Shown piece by piece: positions 28,933 to 42,223 of a stretch of 64,000 nucleotides of DNA (positions are counted from its first letter, which is position 1; each line of letters starts with the position of its first letter). A model generated the notes under the pieces. It worked only from the letters and a program-made list of their open reading frames with translations. It ran no database searches and was not told the DNA's origin. Source of the stretch: Tubiluchus corallicola (taxonomy: Eukaryota > Animalia > Priapulida); assembly GCA_030141605.1 (NCBI GenBank), contig JAQGDQ010000456.1, positions 120,919-184,918 on the forward strand, in the 5' to 3' direction. Made by a program: the position numbers and the translations under genes.

Positions 28933-29005
28933 TATGCGTGTATATATATGTGTAATATGTGTGTGAGTGTGTGTGCGGCGCGCACGTGTGTGCATGTGTG
29001 TGTGT
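28476..29005. repeat. (TG)n/(TA)n compound microsatellite
   Basis: Visible dinucleotide runs just 3' of the ENaC stop codon. Confidence 0.95.
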
Positions 29006-29917
29006 TTTATTACACACTAAATCGAATTTTATAAGGTTTTGAGACTTCAGTGCATACAGGCTTTATAAACATAAAAACAAAGAGTCATCTACCATGGCAG
29101 TGCTCTCCAATGAAAGCAACATTATCACAACAGATAGACCAAACTTGCTTGACAATGGTAACATCTAATGGCGCCTGCCAACGTGCACAAAGGGTTAACA
29201 AGGAACAATATTTAGCTGGCTTGTGTAGCAAAGAGCTCTATAAACGTGTGAAAGTCAATCGAACAGGCGGAACAAAAGCCACTCTGTTGGGGCTGTAATT
29301 GAAGCAGGTTTCATAACAATATGTTGCTAACTATTATCATTATGTATACGTTCAAACTTCCGGCGTAGACATGCGTATCCATGACAACAATGATACCAAC
29401 AGACTCCCGAGAATGAAAGAGAAATTATCGTTATTCCAGGACGCACCTTTGTCTATAGCACTGTCTCCATGTAATACAAGAGTAACATATTGTCAGATTA
29501 CAGTGAATTCGACGAAGTTAAAGCGGCTCAAGATTTAAAAATGCTAATGGGTCGGGTTATGATGCATGTTGCCAAGATTGCATCTAGTGAATAATCTTCC
29601 TTACAGTAATACTGGACAAGGTTAAAGGACAGAATATGACAAAAAAGAGAAAGAAGTCAAAAGAAACACAACAGAAAATAGCAACAAAAAACTGAAACAT
29701 GTTGCAAACCATCGTTTCGATACAAGCGTTATTATCAACGCTAGAAATCAAGCCAAAAGAAATAAGAAGTGCGTTTATGACACTAAAATTACCAAGACTC
29801 AAAAAATCATTAGAAAAACGAAAGAGCAAAAATTAATGAATTGTCAGAATACAAGCGGAAATTACTTAGAAAGAAAACCTATAAAAGAAACGTAAAAACC
29901 TGGTAAAGATTTTGTCC

Positions 29918-32093
29918 TACATTGTCACATGAGTGTCGTAAATTAAAAAATGGCTGTTGCAGCTTGGTGATATGGTATTTTGTGCCCGGGTGTTCAACAT
30001 TGTCACACGAGTGTCGTAAATTAAAAAATGGCTGTTGCAGCTTGGTGATATGGTATTTTGTACCTGGGTGTCCAACATTGTCACACGAGTGTCGTAAATT
30101 AAAAAATGGCTGTTGCAGCTTGGTGATATGGTATTTTGTACCTGGGTGTCCAACATTGCCACACGAGTGTCGTAAATTAAAAAATGGCTGTTGCAGCTTG
30201 GTGATATGGTATTTTGTACCTGGGTGTCCAACATTGTCACACGAGTGTCGTAAATTAAAAAATGGCTGTTGCAGCTTGGTGATATGGTATTTTGTACCTC
30301 GGTGTCCAACATTGCCACACGAGTGTCGTAAATTAAAAAATGGCTGTTGCAGCTTGGTGATATGGTATTTTGTACCTGGGTGTCCAACATTGTCACACGA
30401 GTGTCGTAAATTAAAAAATGGCTGTTGCAGCTTGGTGATATGGTATTTTGTACCTCGGTGTCCAACATTGCCACACGAGTGTCGTAAATTAAAAAATGGC
30501 TGTTGCAGCTTGGTGATATGGTATTTTGTACCTGGGTGTCCAACATTGTCACACGAGTGTCGTAAATTAAAAAATGGCTGTTGCAGCTTGGTGATATGGT
30601 ATTTTGTACCTCGGTGTCCAACATTGCCACACGAGTGTCGTAAATTAAAAAATGGCTGTTGCAGCTTGGTGATATGGTATTTTGTACCTGGGTGTCCAAC
30701 ATTGTCACACGAGTGTCGTAAATTAAAAAATGGCTGTTGCAGCTTGGTGATATGGTATTTTGTACCTCGGTGTCCAACATTGCCACACGAGTGTCGTAAA
30801 TTAAAAAATGGCTGTTGCAGCTTGGTGATATGGTATTTTGTACCTGGGTGTCCAACATTGTCACACGAGTGTCGTAAATTAAAAAATGGCTGTTGCAGCT
30901 TGGTGATATGGTATTTTGTACCTCGGTGTCCAACATTGCCACACGAGTGTCGTAAATTAAAAAATGGCTGTTGCAGCTTGGTGATATGGTATTTTGTACC
31001 TGGGTGTCCAACATTGTCACACGAGTGTCGTAAATTAAAAAATGGCTGTTGCAGCTTGGTGATATGGTATTTGTACCTGGGTGTCCAACATTGTCACACG
31101 AGTGTCGTAAATTAAAAATTGGCTGTTGCAGCTTGGTGATATGGTATTTTGTACCTGGGTGTCCAACATTGTCACACGAGTGTCGTAAATTAAAAAATGG
31201 CTGCTGCAGCTTAGTGATATGGTATTTGTACCTGGGTGTCCAACATTGTCACACGAGTGTCGTAAATTAAAAAACGGCTGCTGCAGCTTGGTGATATGGT
31301 ATTTTGTGCCCGGGTGTCCAACATTGCCACACGAGTGTCGTAAATTAAAAAATGGCTGCTGCAGCTTGGTGATATGGTATTTGTACCTGGGTGTCCAACA
31401 TTGTCACACGAGTGTCGTAAATTAAAGAATGGCTGCTGCAGCTTGGTGATATGGTATTTGTACCTGGGTGTCCAACATTGTCACACGATTGTCGTAAATT
31501 AAAGAATGGCTGCTGCAGCTTGGTGATATGGTATTTTGTGCCCGGGTGTCCAACATTGCCATACGAGTGTCGTAAATTAAAGAATGGCTGCTGCAGCTTG
31601 GTGATATGGTATTTGTACCTGGGTGTCCAACATTGTCACACGAGTGTCGTAAATTAAAGAATGGCTGCTGCAGCTTGGTGATATGGTATTTGTACCTGGG
31701 TGTCCAACATTGTCACACGATTGTCGTAAATTAAAGAATGGCTGCTGCAGCTTGGTGATATGGTATTTTGTGCCCGGGTGTCCAACATTGCCATACGAGT
31801 GTCGTAAATTAAAGAATGGCTGCTGCAGCTTGGTGATATGGTATTTGTACCTGGGTGTCCAACATTGTCACACGAGTGTCGTAAATTAAAAAGCGGCTGC
31901 TGCAGCTTGGTGATATGGTATTTTGTACCTCGGTGTCCAACATTGCCACATGAGTGTCGTAAATTAAACAATGGCTGCTGCAGCTTGGTGATATGGTATT
32001 TTGTACTCGGTGTCCAACATTGCCACACGAGTGTCGTAAATTAAACAATGGCTACTGCAGCTTGGTGATATGGTATTCTGTACCTGGGTGTCT
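29918..32093. repeat. 78-bp satellite, ~28 copies, with higher-order structure
   Basis: Unit acattgtcacacgagtgtcgtaaattaaaaaatggctgttgcagcttggtgatatggtattttgtacctgggtgtcca; later copies are 77 or 78 bp. Confidence 0.97.
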
Positions 32094-32559
32094 ATCCAAA
32101 ATTTAACGCATGCTAAGGCATTTTGTTACACTCTGCTGTTATTATAACCTTTCTTCATACAGTCATAACTAAACTGCACTTCAATGCTGCCTTCAAACGG
32201 TCCAAAGTTCAGATTTCTAGTGTACTCTAAATTCGTCGTTAACACACCAGTATTGAAACATCTTGCAGGGTGGTTAGCTTGTCTATTGACTTACAAGCCT
32301 CCAATACAACAAACAACTGCTAGTAAGGTAGCTAGAATGTTACACCCAGTGTTTATTCTACTTCCATTTAATTTCCAAACCAAATTCATTATCATTTAGG
32401 TTACTGTCTTTGTACATCGTGTTTTATTATACTGTATTACATTGCATTATATTGTATTGTACTGCATTGCGTTGCATTATGTTACGTTATGTTACATTAT
32501 ATCATATCTAACTACTGCATGTATTGAAATGTAGTCATCGATAAAGTTATTATTATCTA

Positions 32560-33017
32560 AAGCATCATCACTATGATCCATCACTAGCATCGTCATTATC
32601 ATCACTGTCATCGTCGTCATCATCATCATCCATATGCATCATTGTTATCGCACCTCTATCACCACTGCAGTTAACATCACTATCATAAGTAACAATATCA
32701 TACCACATCATCATCATCATCCTCATCAAAATTAGGCCATAACTAACGTGTTATAGTCACTGCTGTCATCGTCGTCGTCATCATCATCATCAATCTTCAT
32801 CATTGTTATCGCCGCCTCTATCACCACTGCTGTTAACATCATTATCATAGGTAACATATCATACCACATCATCATCATCATGCTCATCAAAATTAGGCCA
32901 TAACTAACATGTCACAGTCATCGCTGTGATCGTTGTCATCATCATCATCCATCTGCATCATTGTTATCGCCACCTCATCATCATAGCCAACAAATGATAC
33001 CAAATCATCATCATCAT
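32560..33017. repeat. (ATC)n-rich ~165-bp repeat, ~2.5 copies
   Basis: catcattgttatcgc..cctc and ataccacatcatcatcatc..ctcatcaaaattaggccataactaac recur. Confidence 0.8.
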
Positions 33018-33341
33018 TAAGCCAAAAAATGTTCTGCCGGTTATAGTCAATTAAGTGTTAAATTTATCAAAGCAAAACTGAACATTTGATTATCACTGTT
33101 TGCCAGACCACAGATCTGGGCTCGAGTCTATGGTCAGTGGGCTAAGGTTGGTCTAACGCTGCTAATAGGTTAGACTAAACAGCAAATTTTAGCTCCACAG
33201 CTAAACATTAAATTAAGACACTAAGCTCTAATAACTAAGTTCTAATAACCTTAAACTTGGCTACTTGTGGTAGCTTCTACTATCTCATCTGGCAGTGACA
33301 TTCAGGTCTCCAAGGAGACATTAATCTTGCACTAATCTTTA

Positions 33342-33616
33342 GGACCAGACGGTTTAGCCTAGTGGTAATGCGTCTGCTTTCCGTCTGGGAGGTCGTGAGT
33401 TCGAACCAGCAGTCGGGGGTCATACCAAAGACTTTAAAAATGGTACCTGCTGTTGCCCTGCCTGACGAGTGGTATTTAGGGTAAAAGTGGGGTAATAATA
33501 GTCTCTGTTATGCAGTTGTAGGTTGTTATTCACAGTCGACGATAATAGCTCTTTGAGGTAATGTTAATTGTTCATCTAAAAGCCGACATTAAATAAAGAT
33601 TATTATTATTATTATT
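33342..33616 (+). mobile_element. tRNA-headed SINE, copy A
   Basis: A box tagcctagtgg, B box gttcgaacc, central cataccaaagactttaaaaatggtacctgctg (resembles the Meta/MESC SINE domain from memory), and an (ATT)n tail. Three copies occur in the window. Confidence 0.85.
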
Positions 33617-34728
33617 TTTACTAAAGTCAAAAGTTTGAGTCATTGGTCAAAACAAGAATTAATGCCAAGCAAATTTTGATGGCAGATAGTTCGTAACTCC
33701 ACAGCTAAACATTAAGTTAAGACACTAAGCTCTAATGACAAAGTTAAAACTCTGAAAATTGTGTTTGCTCTGCGCAGAAGGCAGAAAAAACCGACGCTGA
33801 AACCGGCTCTCCTCAACTTTGCCAGAACACGTGTTACACTTTTTTTCGCTCTGTTGACGGCACGGTATTTAGACAAGATTCCATGTTTACATTTGAAACC
33901 GTAGATACAGTATCGTTGTAGCAAAACAAATTCCCCTCAAACACTGATATTGCAAAACAAGACCGCCGCTCGAAACGCTGCTATACGTGCATTTTTTTAG
34001 TCACACGTAAACAAAATTGTTTCAGCCACTGTTAAGAAACGAAACTACTTACACTTCTGCACGATTAAAAAGTTGCAAATCAAATCTCAACTCAGTTGTA
34101 CTGAAATTGGCAAAGGCAGGCCCTCTATTCTGCCCCTTGACTGCCTAAATATCTGCCCTTCCTCGACAAGAATGGAATAAGCTGACCTCTTTCATGACCA
34201 ACAAGCTAACTTTAGCTGACCGAAGAAAACATATCTTTATACGTTCGAGCTATTTCTTTTTAAGATATCTTTGCATATATTTACGAATTGCAAACACATA
34301 AAATTCACTTACTTTTTCAATAGTATATCCAACTTTGTTGTGGTCGCGTCAAATGGAAATAGAAATTACCGCTAAACTAAATTTATCGTGTTCAAATACA
34401 CCAAGAACGCATGAAAACTACACACTAATCACAAACGGCGTTACTAGTAACAAAAACTGAAATTATTTCTGCACGGAATAACAGCCAGTATTTGTACAGC
34501 TAGCACACTGCGGTTTTCACAACACTAGAACAGTAAATAATCATACAAGGCTCTACCACAGACACACGGTTCACTGTACAACATCAAGTTGACGCCTCGC
34601 ACGCTCGAATAAACTTCGATTAAACATTGCAGCACACTCTCCACAGCTCGCTTGCTAGAGACCGACTGTTTATTATATGTGCGCGCCGTCTGGTGTTTGT
34701 TTAACCCCATTTTATGCCCGCCTTGTTG

Positions 34729-34756
34729 ACCAATCGCGACGCGTTGTCATAGCAAC
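34729..34756. promoter_or_regulatory. CCAAT box plus RFX X-box-like palindrome in a CpG-rich patch
   Basis: ccaat at 34730 and GTTGTCATAGCAAC at 34743-34756 (consensus GTTGCCATGGCAAC). Confidence 0.3.
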
Positions 34757-37700
34757 ATAGAGTAGCCGCTGGCCAAGCGAATAAGACTGACCACATGTGT
34801 ATGTAGTAGCTGGGCGGCCTGGCGCTGACGGTGGGAGTAACCTAGCACTGAAGTTGACGACGAGGATAATAATGATGATGATGATGACAACGACAATGAT
34901 GGTGACGTTTGACTATAGCTGTAGTACTGACACGCTTCATACAACTTAACTACTATAGGAAATTTCTAAAATTATACTAAACCTAGCCTTGAATTGCCTT
35001 TGCATTTATTACCGGCGAATCCACAAAAATTTGAACATTAGGGCACGTTCACACATATATGTGGAATGTGCGGCAACACAATATGCAGCAAAGTAGGTGC
35101 AGAATGCATAAAATATGCAGCAGTGCCATACAATTCATTTCATTCACTTTTAGCTTAGAAGAACTACCGCACGTTTTGCACACTGCACATTATGGATGTG
35201 AACAAGCCCTTAAATTTGCATGCTCGTACAAACACTGCCTTTCACCATATAAGTGTTGTAACGAGTAAAAAACAGTATTTAAACCTTCGGCATCGCCAAC
35301 GTAACACGTCTAATTCAAATCCTGGATACATCCCAATTTTTCACATTTCCTGTCTTTTGAGTTTGGAACTAAAATTTAATTAGTTGTGAGTTTTTTCAAC
35401 ATCAGTATTCAAATCTAACAGGAAACAGCACCCCCTGCATAGCACTGCCCTGAAAATTAAAGCAAACAGCGCCCCCCATGCAGATCAGCCCCAAAATTAG
35501 GAGAAAACGGTACCTTTTGCGTAGAACCGCCCCCTAAATGAGAGTCATCATAACCTACAGAGACCAGAATAAGTAGAACATGTCTAATTATTTATGCATG
35601 TACAGGTGATGAATTATACAGGTAGCCTAACATCAGTTGCTAAAGCAGATAGAGAAGCTGGTAAATTAATTAACACTCACCTCGATTAGGCTCATTTGCA
35701 GGTATACAATGGGAAGCCGACAGGTAATAAACGAAGCCCACAGAGAAGCAGTAAAAAACTTGCGCGGTGAAATTTTGTTTATTTAATTGCTAATTAATTA
35801 CTTCATAGTGAAGATGCAGGGAATTTGAATAAATTTACCATTTTTTACAAAAACGATACTTTCGCGTTACAGGAGAGTTTTCGGCTCACCATTGTAGCTG
35901 GACTGGAACCCAGCTTATTGCCAAGAACGATCGTTTAAGACGGAAAGCTTAATCAACAGAAGACATCTTAATACTGTGGAAGTACAGCACCCTGAAGCTG
36001 ATTCTTGTTGGTCCGCCATCCATTCACCGACCAAGCTTAGCACTGTTTCGTTTAACTTTGGTCACAAAACGTATATGATGACCAAAGACCATTTTTCTAA
36101 CCTTCCCTACCAATCCTTCTTCTAACCTTCCCTACCTACCCTTCCTTATCCTTTTTCTACCCTTCGTACTCTAGCCTTCCCTACCTACCCTATAGAAAAA
36201 AGTATTACGTAACAATTTTGGGTGAGACAACTTACCAGTAATGCAGAAAATTGAACATAGATGGCACCATAGGATAATTTTGTAAAGTTCTCAAAAGGTG
36301 GCAGCACAGTGCAAAGTTTCAATATGACAATAGACGTACATGACAATTTGAGAGCAGAATTGGTGTCACGCAAATTCTCATTTCACAATTTTTACAAAAT
36401 CAAATACTCACTTCTGAAAACTTTAACGCGCAATTTGTTCCGCAACATTACAAAGTAACTTCCACCGGCTAACAGCCACTTAACGTTTAAATGTATCTAG
36501 GTGCCAGTACCGTGACTATCAACGTGTCGTTAAACTTGTTTTATTGCAAAATTGCGCAATTAGAGATGAGACGTAGCCAAGCGAGAACAATAACGCGTGC
36601 AGAACTCAGTCATCACGCGAGCACTCCAACCCTTCTAATGCACAGCCTCTTTAATGGAGGAAGAGCTGACGTTTTTGCGGTTGCCACGACAACCACAGAA
36701 TCAACAAGATAACATGGAGAAGTTTCGCTTAACATAAATTTCATAAAAAAGTATTCCGAATGTAATCTCAAACTGAATACTATGCTGGTAGTATGCTGGA
36801 ATGTAGCTTTAATTTTACCATCAATTACGACATTAAAAGGTTCAATAATTTAAACAGTGGCAGGTTTTTCATTCATTGCAAGGCCACGAAAAAAAATCAA
36901 GAAAAATTTCAAAATTGTGAACCGGCTAACTGACCAAAATTGAATTAATCTACACACAGGCAGCAAAATTTATGAAACACCAAAAAAATGAATACATAAA
37001 ATTGTGAATAGATCGTGATGAACATACTAAATTACCGGAGTTTTCATACATACATTTTGTTTTAAACATAAGTCCTTATTTCTGTCGTTTCAGTTTAGCA
37101 TTTTTTATTGTAAAATCTGATTACGCTGATTATTAACCTTATCAATTAAATATTTTAAAAGCATTGAGAGTAACACAGTTTGATAATGGTAATCACCTGC
37201 ATTCTTTTTCCACAGTAATCTTAATAAAACGTGACTATGCTCAACAGGTTACTGAACACTTTATAATCATGATCACACTTTTTCTTAGTTCTCGTTCCAT
37301 TTCCATTTCATCTTTCATTCATTACTCCCCCCACCCCACTTTTAGGTTTATATTATCATTATTTCAATTATTAATCACTTCTTTAGGATTTTCACGTACA
37401 GTTTGGCCTGTCAAGTTATGCTTTTTGGCTCAAACTGTATGCATCAAAATTACTCTGTAATATAATTTGCACATGTATATGCTGCATAAGAATCTCTTTT
37501 GTAATTTCTGGATTATACTGTATTTGTATTTATATTTACTTCAGTGAAATTATCTGTATTTTTATTGTAATTGTTAGATGCAGAGTGGAAATAAATAAAC
37601 TTATAAACTTATACTGATTATTAACCAAAAAACACTTACCAATTATACTAAATCAGTTTATTAAACAATGATCATTATATAATGTAAAAACAAATATGCA

Positions 37701-39224
37701 GTATGAAAAGTAACCTTTGCGCATGCGCAGCATCGGTTGGCAGACAAAGATAAACATAAATACGATTACAGATCTGGTGACATCAATAACATCATCCTAG
37801 TTACATTGATTAAGCTAATTACTAACTCGCAGCCTCATGTGCAAATTAATGTTAAACACAAGCGGAGTGGAACGCCATCTAGCGTGTGCAGGGGTAATAA
37901 TAATCGTAATATTCGGTCAACGATCAAACCTGCAGACACTCACCTCATTAAGTGCTCATTTCAAAATCTTAATGAGTTTATTGACTTGAAGAAATGAAGC
38001 TTTGGCCAGTTCGTGTCACGCACAAACACTCGACAGGTTATTTCTCAGCGATATTATTATTCCCTGTTTCTTAAAGTAACTGCTTTCAAGTCATAATTGC
38101 CGTTACAGTAGCCGTGTTTTAGGTTTATTAACCGTTCACTTAGAGATGTTCTTATAACATTAACATCTATAAGGTATGGCAGGTGACACAGGTAGCGTCA
38201 TCTAGTGGCGAAATTACAAACATTTTCCAGTTTCAACTCTGGTCAAAAGCAAAAAAAATGTTTAAATAAATGAAGTAGACTATTAATAAACTTTCTTTTT
38301 AAAAAGTGAAATATTTTATCCGTAAATCAGTTTTTACCTAAAATTTTTGTTAAAACGTGATAACAATGCAAAGAATTCACTATTAGATTATTAAATGAAT
38401 TGATTCCGGTTAACGTCGTTGAAAGACATCTATAACAAAATCTTGAAACTTTCACAAGTTTGAATTTAAGGGGAAACCACTAGTCTTTATTTCTGCGAAA
38501 ATTAAAAAATATATGAGCAAACCGGCTGGTGACAATTTCATTGAAATTATTATGAAATAAATTGGCTATAAACAAATCAAACAAAAGAATTAAAAAATTA
38601 CAAATAAAAAATAAACTTACATTATTGTGGCAAAATGAACTACATAAATTTTATCTTATATTGAATAATGAAATAAGTTTAATTTCTCTAGCTCTTACAA
38701 AACAATACATTCACACAGCTTTCTAAACATTATAATAAAGACTTAATTAGGTCAAAAGATAAACTCTAAAATTAACAACAAGGTGGAGCCACCTTAGGAA
38801 ACTAGGCCTTAACAATTTCTAATTTTCAACCTGGTGCGTTTCACATTTGAAATAACCACTTTTTTACTTAAACTTCAAGATTAAAACATTTTTAATATTC
38901 ATCCTCATGTTGGCTTGTTTAGTGGCTAACAAGGAGATTTATGAGTTACTCTTTGCGCAGTAACTTTATAAAGAGGTGTGTTTTGTCGTGATCGTTGTTT
39001 TCGTTGTCGTTGTTTTTGGCAAAATGCAAAGCTTGGCACTCGTTTGCGGCACGATGACGCAAACAATGTTGCTTCAATGTAATTTTCATGAAAAAACATA
39101 TTCCATGACAACGGTAAATAGTGTTCTAAATGACGTATCTAGTGGCACTGCGTGTTACAAAAGTTTGTAAAAATAAGTGTGAGCAAATGTGCATGCATGT
39201 GTGCGCATGCGTGTGTGTGTGTGT

Positions 39225-39440
39225 GTGGAAGCGCCGCAGAGGAGGTCAACAGAAGCATTTCTGGCATCAAATCAAGCACGATATTGTGTCTCCTCTTGGG
39301 CTCGACCACTACCACCAAGTTTCCGATTATCTCACAGAGCTGCCGTCGTACTGCGAGAACCGGACGCAGTGGCGTGCGATGGTTCCGGATGCTACCTGTG
39401 CTGGCCTGCCTCCACCTGGTGGGGGCAGCAAGTAAGCAAG
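39225..39440 (+). mobile_element. RTE-type LINE 3' end fragment inserted in (GT)n
   Basis: Translates WKRRRGGQQKHFWHQIKHD...CENRTQWRAMV, resembling the RTE C-terminal WKRPRGRP.K.W...DR..WR..V motif. It ends in a short caagtaagcaag tail. Confidence 0.65.
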
Positions 39441-40805
39441 TGTGTGTGTGTGTGAGTGCGTGCGTGCGTGCATGTGTGTTTTTGCCTGCTTATGTATATG
39501 TGTGCTTGCAAACCAAAACCGTCCATAAGTCAGCATAGTTAAAACTACGTTATGATGCTTCAAACTAGAATGCACTAAAAATTTGGTCAAATGTCAATTT
39601 TTCATTTTTTAGAAAAACAAGAGCTAAATATATTTGACTTCTATATTGTAGCATCAAATTTTAAGAAAATGTCCAAAAAAACTAAGAATCTAATTTTATA
39701 AACCTGTTACGTAGAAACTAGTACTGCAATTGTAAAAAAACTTGTGCAAGTATTCAGTTTGCTTCGGATTTTTCCTGCTGCCAAGCCCAGATCTGCATCA
39801 GGAAGAGCCCTCTACTGGATTTAAACATAACTTCGATGTCTATTGCAAAGTTCATAGCAACTAGCATTTGTGCGGTTGCTAAGTGTTTTGTAGAAATGCA
39901 ACAAAAAACAATGGCTAACTTTAACAGTGATTTTCTCAAGATTATGTTTTTCAATATGTAGCCTGCACCTCAATTTCAACATGGATTATCTCAGCTTGGA
40001 AGTAACATAGAGTGATGAGCTTGGTATCAAAATGATCCTCATGAAATGGAGAGTCGAGATATGTGAATAACTAGAAAAGCTTAATTGCTGACTTATGGAC
40101 GATTTTGCTATGCAAGCACAATATAGAATTTAATATAAAAAAGAAAAGTTGGCTTATCATCCCCACATATTGGTAATAATTATATAATATTAACGTTTGT
40201 AGAACTTTATGGATGCCAAATCTATTGAAGCTTTTACTCACTAAACTGCACTACACTTGTGAGCTTCTTGTAGGCTACATACACGTTTCCTTACCTGTTA
40301 AATTTGGTTTTGCCCCTTTAACTGTCATCAGTCATGTGACCAGGTAGTTAGCAAGGTAGACATTACCTGGCATGCAGTTGAAGTTGATATGATGTGAAAT
40401 TTGTGAATTCATTTGTATTGGTTTTTCAAGTCATAAGTGCCCAAAACTCAAGGAGACCACATGTAAGTGTCTAAATATCTTTGTTTTAATTGCTTTATAC
40501 AATTAGGGCTATTTTGCTGTTAATTTTGTATAATTATAATCGAAAATCACGTAACCTAATTTAGTAATTTAAGTAATTTACCTGGATCAAACTTATGTTT
40601 TTCGCTAAAAACTTATTACTGTAATTTATTATTACAGATAAAACGACAATTGCTGCATTTTAAACATATTTAGATGTTCTGGAGTTTAAATGCAGTCCAC
40701 TCCTCATTCTTAGCAAAAACTTCATCCATCATTTATAAAATCTGAGTTTTACAACCTTGAGGAGAAGATAAATTGCTGATTCAGAACAACAACTGCAACT
40801 GTTTG

Positions 40806-40960
40806 GCTTCATCAACACATGTTAGCTTGTGAGATAGCTTCATCAACACATGTTAGCTTGTGAGATGGCTTCATCAACACATGTTAGCTTGTGAGATGGC
40901 TTCATCAACACATGTTAGCTTGTGAGATGGCTTCATCAACACATGTTAGCTTGTGAGACA
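40806..40960. repeat. 31-bp minisatellite, 5 copies
   Basis: Unit gcttcatcaacacatgttagcttgtgagat(a/g). Confidence 0.95.
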
Positions 40961-40977
40961 GCATGGCAATAGTTCAA

Positions 40978-41491
40978 GTCGGTGAAGCAATTTAAAACTC
41001 TATGTAGAATTTTGCACCTGGTACGGGTATTGAACACGCTGCTTGATCAAATAGTCCCCAGCTCCAGAGGCCCAAATATAGGGGTAATAAATTCAAGTTT
41101 TTTATACTTCTGTGAATTAATTTAAAACTACATTTAGAATTTTGTACCTAGTACGGGTATTGAACTCGCTGCTTGATCAAATAGTGACCAGCTCCAGTGC
41201 CCCAAATACAGGGGTAATAGATTCAAGTTTTTTATACTTCGGTGAATCAATTTAAAACTACATTTAGAATTTTGTACCTAGTACGGGTATTGAACTCACT
41301 GCTTGATCAAATGGTAACCAGTGCCCCAAATATAGGGGTAATAAATTCAAGTTTTTTATACTTCGGTGAATCAATTTAAAACTACATTTAGAATGTTGTA
41401 CCTAGTACGGGTATTGAACTCACTGCTTGATCAAATGGTAGCCAGCTCCAGTGCCCCAAATACAAGTGTAATAAATTCAAGTTTTTTATAC
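40978..41491. repeat. ~125-bp tandem repeat, 4 copies
   Basis: tttaaaactacatttagaattttgtacctagtacgggtattgaactc.ctgcttgatcaaat...ccccaaata.aggggtaataaattcaagttttttatac. Confidence 0.9.
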
Positions 41492-41943
41492 AAAAAAAAC
41501 AAACAATTGCAATAGTTTGACTAATAGAGTTAATTAGTTATTCAGAATTTTTTCAGTCAAAGTGCCTAATTTTACTATTCTCCATGAAGAAGCCAAACTA
41601 CAAATCTACATATACTGACATTTTGCAAATTCATGGACTCAGCCAAGTGCGACCATGAACATTTCTAATTCAAACTTCAGACAGTTGTGACAGCACAATT
41701 AACGTTTACCATTTACCATCAACAAATCGGGAATAAAGGAATGCTATTGGTTCCCATCTCAATAAAGCATTACAATGACAGAAGGTCTACGTGGTTCTCT
41801 CACGCTGCAATCATGTACTTCTATTGATTTTTGAAACTTGTCCAGTTTAACCTTAAACTTGGCTACTTGTGGTAGCTTCTACTATCTCATCTGGCAGTGA
41901 CATGCAGGTCTCCAAGGAGACATTAATCTTACACTAATCTTTA

Positions 41944-42223
41944 GGACCAGACGGTTTAGTCTAGTGTAATGCGTCTGCTTTCCCGTCTGGGAGGTCGTGA
42001 GTTCGAACCAGCGGCCGGGTCGTACCAAAGACTTTAAAAATGGTACCTGCTGTTGCCCTGCCTGACGCGTGGTATTTAGGGTAAAAGTGGGGTAATAATA
42101 GTCTCTGTTATGTAGTTGTAGGTTGTTATTCACAGTCGACGATAATAGCTCTTTGAGGTAATGTTAATTGTTCATCTAAAAGCCGACATTAAATAAAGAT
42201 TATTATTATTATTATTATTATTA
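41944..42223 (+). mobile_element. tRNA-headed SINE, copy B
   Basis: Near-identical to copy A, including its flanks. Confidence 0.85.

Noticed and set aside
29917-31115. 367-aa and 397-aa ORFs on opposite strands
   Set aside because: Both are produced by a 78-bp (multiple of 3) satellite. One-base indels break the frames in later units and no protein family is recognisable.
33342-33420. tRNA gene (also the B-box-like fragments at ~43830-43885, ~49060-49110 and ~59850-59885)
   Set aside because: No complete cloverleaf is visible; at 33342 the sequence continues into a SINE body and tail.
5565-39213. Recurrent (T)GCGCATGCGC(A) palindromes as NRF1 promoter sites
   Set aside because: They are scattered without linked gene starts and are common inside invertebrate MITEs, so they cannot be assigned from sequence alone.
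38466-40321. Possible 1.85-kb Kolobok element (ttaaggggaaacca ... tggttttgcccctttaa)
   Set aside because: The terminal inverted match is short and gapped, and there is no second copy to confirm it.
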